NCBI GenBank assembly: GCA_963675525.2
Contig: CAXXSL010000013.1
Location: 576,001-640,000 of the forward strand
Length of the DNA: 64,000 nt
Source of the DNA: Anaerohalosphaeraceae bacterium
GTDB lineage: Bacteria; Planctomycetota; Phycisphaerae; Sedimentisphaerales; Anaerohalosphaeraceae
Direction: 5' to 3'
Position numbers and translations under genes: made by a program. Below, piece after piece: positions 58,565 to 64,000 of the stretch; positions within the stretch are counted from its first letter, which is position 1, and each line of letters starts with the position of its first letter. The notes beneath the pieces were generated by a model. That model was given only the letters and a program-made list of their open reading frames with translations. It made no database searches and was not told where the DNA came from.

Positions 58565-61132
58565 ATGAAACAGCGTATTCAAACAGCCGTATTTGTCCTT
58601 CTGGCCCTTGCTGCCGTGGCTACAACAGCCGAAATGGCCCCGTTTGTCATTCCGGCAGATGTAAATCCGGACTCGCAAATCGCGATGAATTGGCAGCCAT
58701 TAAGTAAAAATGACCGATTACATGCAAAAACACATTTCTCCAATGAATCGGGGCAGCGTGTTCGCCTGTGGGGAGTTAATCTGTCTTTTGCGGCTAATTT
58801 CCCAACGCACGAAGACGCTGAACGTATCGCCAAACGCATGGCGGCCTTCGGCATCAATACCGTCCGGTGCCACCACATGGATACCGCCAACTGGCCGCGC
58901 GGTATTTGGGCCCAAAACGGCAAAGACCTGCACCCGGAAGCAATGGACCGGCTGGACTATTTTATCGACCAGTTGGCGAAACACGGTATCTATACGAATA
59001 TGAACCTGCATGTCGGCAAAAAATTCAGTGCCGGCATGGATATTCCCGAATCGGCTCGTGAATTCGACAAGATGGTTGATATTTTCACGCCGGAACTGAT
59101 CGACGCACAAAAAGACTACGCCCGCAGGCTGCTGACACATAAAAACCCCTATCGAAACAATATCAGTTACGCCGAAGATTTTGCCGTAGCAATCGTGGAG
59201 ATCACCAACGAAGACAGCCTGTTTATGTGGGATGCGGAAAACACGCTGCGAACACTGCCTGACTTTTATGCCAACCTGCTACAGAAACAATACAATGCCT
59301 ACCTCAAACAAAAATACGGTACCCATGAAGTGCTTCGTTTGACTTGGCTGCCGGAAACAGAGCGGTTGGGTGAGAATATTTTAAAAAATCCGACGCTGAC
59401 AAGTCCTAACCTGAACACTGCCTCATGGAATCTTGAACAGCACAATGACTGCCGGGCACTATTGAAAGCCAAAGGTTATAACGGCAAACGCGCGCTCGGC
59501 ATTAATCCGGCTAAAACTGACGGAACCGGCTGGCATTTGCAATTCAATCAGGGGCAATTAAATCTGGAAAAAGACAGGGTCTATACGGTTGAGTTTGATG
59601 CTGCCGCCGGCGAATCACGGCTATTAAGCGTCGGCGTTCTCCAGGCACACGACCCGTGGCAGAACCTTGGGCTTTCACAATCGGTCACACTGGAGTCGGA
59701 CTGGAAAACGTATCGCATGAATTTTGTCTCGACAGACAATGACTCAAACGGACGCCTGAGCTTTTATTTCGGCAACGAAGACAAGCCGTTTTATCTGGCC
59801 AATGTTAAACTGTGTCCGGGCGTCGAGTATATTCTGAATAAAGGCGAATCGCTGGATGATGGAACCGTCGAACTGTTCGGCCAAACCGAATCCAAGCAAC
59901 GGCAGATGGACCGAATGATTTTTCTGGCAGAAACGGAAAAGGCCTATTTTGACGACATGCGAAACTTTATCAAAAACGACCTTAACTGCAAAGCCATGGT
60001 TACCGGCACCATTGTGTTCGGGCCGCTGGCCTTATATGCCCAGAGCGATATGGATTTCATCGACGGACACGCCTACTGGCAGCACCCGCAGTTTCCCAAT
60101 CGCTCATGGGATCCCGCTGACTGGTTGATCGAGCAAAAGGCAATGAGCAATCATCCGGATGGAGCGACGTTATATCGGCTTGCAGCCGAACGCCTGTACG
60201 GCAAGCCCTTTACCGTCACGGAATACAACCACCCCGCTCCGTTGGATGCGCAGGCCGAGTGTGTGCCGATGATCGCCTCGTTCGCGGCGGCGCAGGACTG
60301 GGACAGTGTGTGGCTGTATACCTACTCTCACAGCAACGATGCCTGGGGCCGGGAACATCTGAACAGTTTCTTTGACATCGATACCAATCCGGCCAAGTGG
60401 GGTTTCATGCCCGCCGGAGCTGCCATATTTCGGGATGCAACCTTACAGCCTTTCAGGGAAATAACTATTTCGCAGCTTCGATATGAAAATCAGAACCTGA
60501 TGGATTCCCTTGCGGATTTTCAAATCAAACATGATCGTAACCTGACAGCCTCGCTCAGCGCAACGGACAAGACAAACATGGCGACAGCAGTTTACCTGAC
60601 ACTTCAGCAAACCCCGAAAACTCAACCCATACGAACCGGCGGCAGGTTCTCCGTAAAAGCTGACCTTCTTTGGAATGTCGTCAATGACCAGGGTCTGTTT
60701 GTCGTGCGGAACGACCGCTGCTGTGTCCTGACAGGCCATACATCACGATTTTCGGAAATTCGTGAACCCGTTGGAATACAGATTGACAGCCCGGAGACAG
60801 CTACTGTGGCAGTGACTATGTTAGATGAGATGCCGGGCATTGGATTTACAAAGCTTTTAATCACCGCCTGCGGGCGCTGTGAGAATACGGATATGCAGTT
60901 TTCCGAAGACCGCCGCACCGTCGGCACCAACTGGGGCAAGGCACCGGTGCTGATCGAACCGGTCGAAGGGACGATCACTTTGCCGAACTTAGCCGAGGGT
61001 ATCGGATATACCTGTAAAATTCTCAACGCTGACGGAACGATCAAAGACAAGTTTGAAATAACAGACCATACCGTCCCGCTCAAAGCCGAGTACGGCACGA
61101 TGTGGTACCTCATAGAAAGAAATAATCAATAG
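58565..61132 (+). CDS. GH5-like glycoside hydrolase with inserted CBM4-like domain
   Basis: Signal peptide, RLWGVNL, VRCHHMD, acid/base EITNED, DGHAYWQHP, nucleophile VTEYN. Confidence 0.8.
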   Translation: MKQRIQTAVFVLLALAAVATTAEMAPFVIPADVNPDSQIAMNWQPLSKNDRLHAKTHFSNESGQRVRLWGVNLSFAANFPTHEDAERIAKRMAAFGINTVRCHHMDTANWPRGIWAQNGKDLHPEAMDRLDYFIDQLAKHGIYTNMNLHVGKKFSAGMDIPESAREFDKMVDIFTPELIDAQKDYARRLLTHKNPYRNNISYAEDFAVAIVEITNEDSLFMWDAENTLRTLPDFYANLLQKQYNAYLKQKYGTHEVLRLTWLPETERLGENILKNPTLTSPNLNTASWNLEQHNDCRALLKAKGYNGKRALGINPAKTDGTGWHLQFNQGQLNLEKDRVYTVEFDAAAGESRLLSVGVLQAHDPWQNLGLSQSVTLESDWKTYRMNFVSTDNDSNGRLSFYFGNEDKPFYLANVKLCPGVEYILNKGESLDDGTVELFGQTESKQRQMDRMIFLAETEKAYFDDMRNFIKNDLNCKAMVTGTIVFGPLALYAQSDMDFIDGHAYWQHPQFPNRSWDPADWLIEQKAMSNHPDGATLYRLAAERLYGKPFTVTEYNHPAPLDAQAECVPMIASFAAAQDWDSVWLYTYSHSNDAWGREHLNSFFDIDTNPAKWGFMPAGAAIFRDATLQPFREITISQLRYENQNLMDSLADFQIKHDRNLTASLSATDKTNMATAVYLTLQQTPKTQPIRTGGRFSVKADLLWNVVNDQGLFVVRNDRCCVLTGHTSRFSEIREPVGIQIDSPETATVAVTMLDEMPGIGFTKLLITACGRCENTDMQFSEDRRTVGTNWGKAPVLIEPVEGTITLPNLAEGIGYTCKILNADGTIKDKFEITDHTVPLKAEYGTMWYLIERNNQ

Positions 61133-61145
61133 ACAATCGTCAATT

Positions 61146-61180
61146 AAAAAACCCTGTGTGGTTCGCGTCACACAGGGTTT
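61146..61180. terminator. Terminator hairpin, strongest for the minus strand
   Basis: AAAAAACCCTGTGTG-GTTCGCGT-CACACAGGGTTT. Confidence 0.8.
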
Positions 61181-61207
61181 GTGCATGAACGGCGCAAAGC
61201 GACCGTT

Positions 61208-61357
61208 TTAAATCAGTTGTTTTGGGAAATTGATCGGAAAGCTAAAAACGAGAAAAAGAGGTACATCGCCGGGGTAAGACTCGGCAGGTGTCGTTCGTTG
61301 CAGGTCGTCAAAGGCCTCTCGTGGCCTAATCACCTGATCCAGTTTGGATCGCCTCAT
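61208..61357 (-). CDS. Candidate 49-aa small protein, or a structured sRNA
   Basis: GGAGG RBS, extended -10 TGGTATAAT at 61402-61410, terminator downstream. Confidence 0.4.
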   Translation of the reverse strand: MRRSKLDQVIRPREAFDDLQRTTPAESYPGDVPLFLVFSFPINFPKQLI

Positions 61358-61533
61358 ACATTTCCTCCAATGGAAACTTTCATCCACTCTCTCTATCGTC
61401 TATTATACCACAAAACCTAAAGTGAAATCCATTAAAATCTCATTAAAACCACTACATCTTGCGTTTTTTGTATCAGCTTGTAAATTAGTTTTATCTTGTT
61501 TACTGTCGCCTATTAGTAGATTACAATAAAAGA

Positions 61534-62085
61534 ATGAAAAAGAAAACTTTTATAAGTTCCGTTGTCTTCATCCTTTTCTTCTGCATCATTTTTTATGCGT
61601 GCAGAAAGTTTTATCTCGATTTTGTGCATACCTGCAAAATAGGCGAAAACATTCAAACTGTTCAAGATCTGCCTCTTTGGCTTCAGGATATTCCTTCAAG
61701 TGCTACAAATATTTCTTACGTTGCAATACCCAGTGAACGCACAATTCACAAAAAGAATGTTTCAAACTTCGAACTGTCATTGTTGAGTGTAACTTGTGAA
61801 TTTAATGTTTCTGAAAAAAGTTTCTTGGAGTGGACAAAAAGTAAGGGAATTCCTTTGCAGAAAGTCAATGGCTCTGTAACTATCTACAGATATCAACAAA
61901 ACCTTATCCTGCCGCCTGAAGGTGACGATCCAGATAAACAACGAGAGTATGAATCTCAAATAGAAGCTACTGTGCATAAGGGATATGAATACAGCCATGT
62001 ACTGGAAGACGGTGACAATTGGAACATTGTCTATGATTCCGAAAACCAAAAAGCCTATATTCACCTCGTTAATAGCTTGATATAG
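61534..62085 (+). CDS. AT-rich hypothetical protein with N-terminal TM or signal peptide
   Basis: 183-aa ORF, low GC, IPSSATNISY. Confidence 0.7.
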   Translation: MKKKTFISSVVFILFFCIIFYACRKFYLDFVHTCKIGENIQTVQDLPLWLQDIPSSATNISYVAIPSERTIHKKNVSNFELSLLSVTCEFNVSEKSFLEWTKSKGIPLQKVNGSVTIYRYQQNLILPPEGDDPDKQREYESQIEATVHKGYEYSHVLEDGDNWNIVYDSENQKAYIHLVNSLI

Positions 62086-62153
62086 AAGCTCTACCCCTAT
62101 CCACACAATCACGGGAATGGCATCCGGCGATATATATATTCAAGTCTCTATAA

Positions 62154-64000
62154 TTACGGCCAGAGCCAATATTCTGCAAATTCGGCAAAGTCCAGATGAT
62201 TGACAATGTCATCAGTGGCAACCAGATTCGCCCTGCCGCAATCTTCCGGATTCACGCAGCCGGTAACCAGATAATTGGCACAGAACTGGGCCAGGTCAAC
62301 GAGGTCGACATCAAAATCCAGATCCAGATCGGCCGGCACCGTTGTCGGGGTCAGGGCGATCTGTAACTGCTCCATCTGTTCCGGCGGACATTTTCCGTTG
62401 GCATCCCACAGGTCATACATCGTCTGACCGGCGGAGTTGGTTGTATTTTCATCCCGCAGGAATTCGACAAATTCCTTACTGGTACTCTGATAGTATAACG
62501 TCACTTGAGCAGAGGTCGCACCGACCGGCACCGAGTAAAGTGTATCATCCCAGTACTGGCCCGATGCATAGCTGTAACCGACCGGCAAACCGCCAAAGTT
62601 CGCAAACGTGTTGGGATCATACCCTCGAGGCGGAATGCGGTTGTCCAAAGCAACAGTGCTGTTGAGTACAAAGTGGAAGGATGGGCCTTCCGGAATACCC
62701 GTGATACCGGAAACCGTACTGTCGATCGCCGGCTCGACGTGGTAGATCTTGGCATCCTCATCATGTGAAAGAACACCTGTATTCGAATCATAAGCACCGG
62801 ATTCGGCGATCAGATTCATCGACGCGTCATAAAATTTCACATTCAGCCAGATGCGCCGCCCTTCCGGATACCCGGTCGGCAGTTTATGTCCGGTATCGTT
62901 GGTGACGGTGACTTTTAATTCCTCGCCCTCCTGCGAAGCCGTCAGTACGGCGGCATTCTGCAGCATATACCGTGAACGGTCAATGCCTGCATTCAATGCC
63001 GTCGCGTTAACCTGTCCCGGATGTGTCTGCATCAGTACGGTCGGCATCCATGTACTGCCGCCGGTCATATCATGCAGGGGCAGATCGTCCCTTGCGGGCG
63101 GATCCATATTACAGCCCTGGCCTGTTACATCCCGCATATGGCAATCCTGACAGGTTGAAACAAATACCTTGTTGCCGCCAAACTGGGGTGCATAGACACC
63201 GCCCGGCGTATTGTAATTGCTGTGCAGCCATTCACTGTACGTTCGTTCGACCGGCAACAAAGTATTTGGAGAAAAATCGGTCGCGGTCGTATTCAGTGCA
63301 TTCGGTGCATAGCCGCCATTGCCGTCTTTTTCGAAGGCCGGGTTACTAACATCGTGGCAGGTTCCGCACAGGGCCGCTTCGCGGTGGAACGGAGAAACCA
63401 GTATGGGATGTCCACTGGTGGCATCGACGAAGGGACCACGTCGAGCACCCGTCGGATCGATAGTGTACATTCCGTTTCCAAATTCAAACGTCGGGAAGGA
63501 CAGAACTGATAGAATATCGAAATCCTGAATGGGGCTGACGGCGGGTTCATAGATCGGGTCGAGCAAACGGTGACACAGGTCGCACGATACACCCGCTTCA
63601 TCAGAAAGCAGCATCGCACTGCCGTCGGTCGGCACTGAACGGCCCTGCAGCCACCCGCGGGGCAGGTGGCACCGCAGGCACAGGTCACCGGAATCGGGCG
63701 CGTCCTGATTGGCAATCGCCATATTAGCTATAAAAATCGGATCGATCGAGGCCTGAGCCATCATGCTCCCCTGCCAGTTTGTATAAGGCTCAACGGTAGG
63801 GTCGTATCCGGCATGACACACCGCACAGGCGGTCGGACTGTTGAGTATGCCCGACTCGAACGGCTGGGAACCCGGCTGGTCAAAATCCCGAAGCGTCGTC
63901 GGAACAAGCCCTCCCGGCGGAGAGGCAATCGTAAATATTGCATCGCTGTCGTCAAAGCCTGTATTGAACGCATTATCGGTTGCTTCAATACGCAGGATCG
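62154..64000 (-). CDS. Secreted multiheme cytochrome c with dockerin-like C-terminus; 5' end outside the window
   Basis: Frame is open to the window edge; five CxxCH seen (CAVCH, CLRCH, CDLCH, CGTCH, CQDCH), GHKLPTG; tail ADLDLDFDVDLVDLAQF...VNHLDFAEFAEYWL. Confidence 0.88.
   Translation of the reverse strand, partial: ILRIEATDNAFNTGFDDSDAIFTIASPPGGLVPTTLRDFDQPGSQPFESGILNSPTACAVCHAGYDPTVEPYTNWQGSMMAQASIDPIFIANMAIANQDAPDSGDLCLRCHLPRGWLQGRSVPTDGSAMLLSDEAGVSCDLCHRLLDPIYEPAVSPIQDFDILSVLSFPTFEFGNGMYTIDPTGARRGPFVDATSGHPILVSPFHREAALCGTCHDVSNPAFEKDGNGGYAPNALNTTATDFSPNTLLPVERTYSEWLHSNYNTPGGVYAPQFGGNKVFVSTCQDCHMRDVTGQGCNMDPPARDDLPLHDMTGGSTWMPTVLMQTHPGQVNATALNAGIDRSRYMLQNAAVLTASQEGEELKVTVTNDTGHKLPTGYPEGRRIWLNVKFYDASMNLIAESGAYDSNTGVLSHDEDAKIYHVEPAIDSTVSGITGIPEGPSFHFVLNSTVALDNRIPPRGYDPNTFANFGGLPVGYSYASGQYWDDTLYSVPVGATSAQVTLYYQSTSKEFVEFLRDENTTNSAGQTMYDLWDANGKCPPEQMEQLQIALTPTTVPADLDLDFDVDLVDLAQFCANYLVTGCVNPEDCGRANLVATDDIVNHLDFAEFAEYWLWP

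Noticed and set aside
61186..61210. c-di-GMP-I riboswitch (GGCGCAAAGC)
   Set aside because: Upstream GGCAAAC/GAAA stem is absent; the motif is a simple hairpin. No riboswitch consensus was recognised before pilM or the TPR gene either.

Overview
Bacterial chromosomal window, probably from a Planctomycetota of class Phycisphaerae (Sedimentisphaerales-like). This is inferred from paralogous ECF/anti-sigma pairs, PEP-CTERM and dockerin-like C-termini, zinc-ribbon membrane proteins and lipoprotein style. The most notable feature is in the left 22 kb: a co-oriented minus-strand set of phage-head-like genes (portal, scaffold-like, major capsid, head-completion-like, small membrane protein, lipoprotein with a C-terminal TM helix) in phage order. 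No tail, terminase, integrase or replication gene is visible. Unrelated cargo genes and REP-type palindromes separate them, and an orphan promoter-to-terminator structured transcript sits head-to-head with the portal. One cargo slot occurs twice in tandem with near-identical flanks but different contents. The rest holds cmoB/cmoA split by a REP-associated tyrosine transposase, a two-component system, ribosomal protein THX (missed by the ORF track), nspC, a type IV pilus/T2SS-like operon, secreted beta-helix/PEP-CTERM/dockerin-like proteins, nth, two ECF/anti-sigma pairs, tag, an MBOAT-SGNH pair, a GH5-like enzyme and a partial multiheme cytochrome c. Four genes have single-base homopolymer frameshifts, probably sequencing errors. 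All family calls come from motif recognition by eye; no searches were run.
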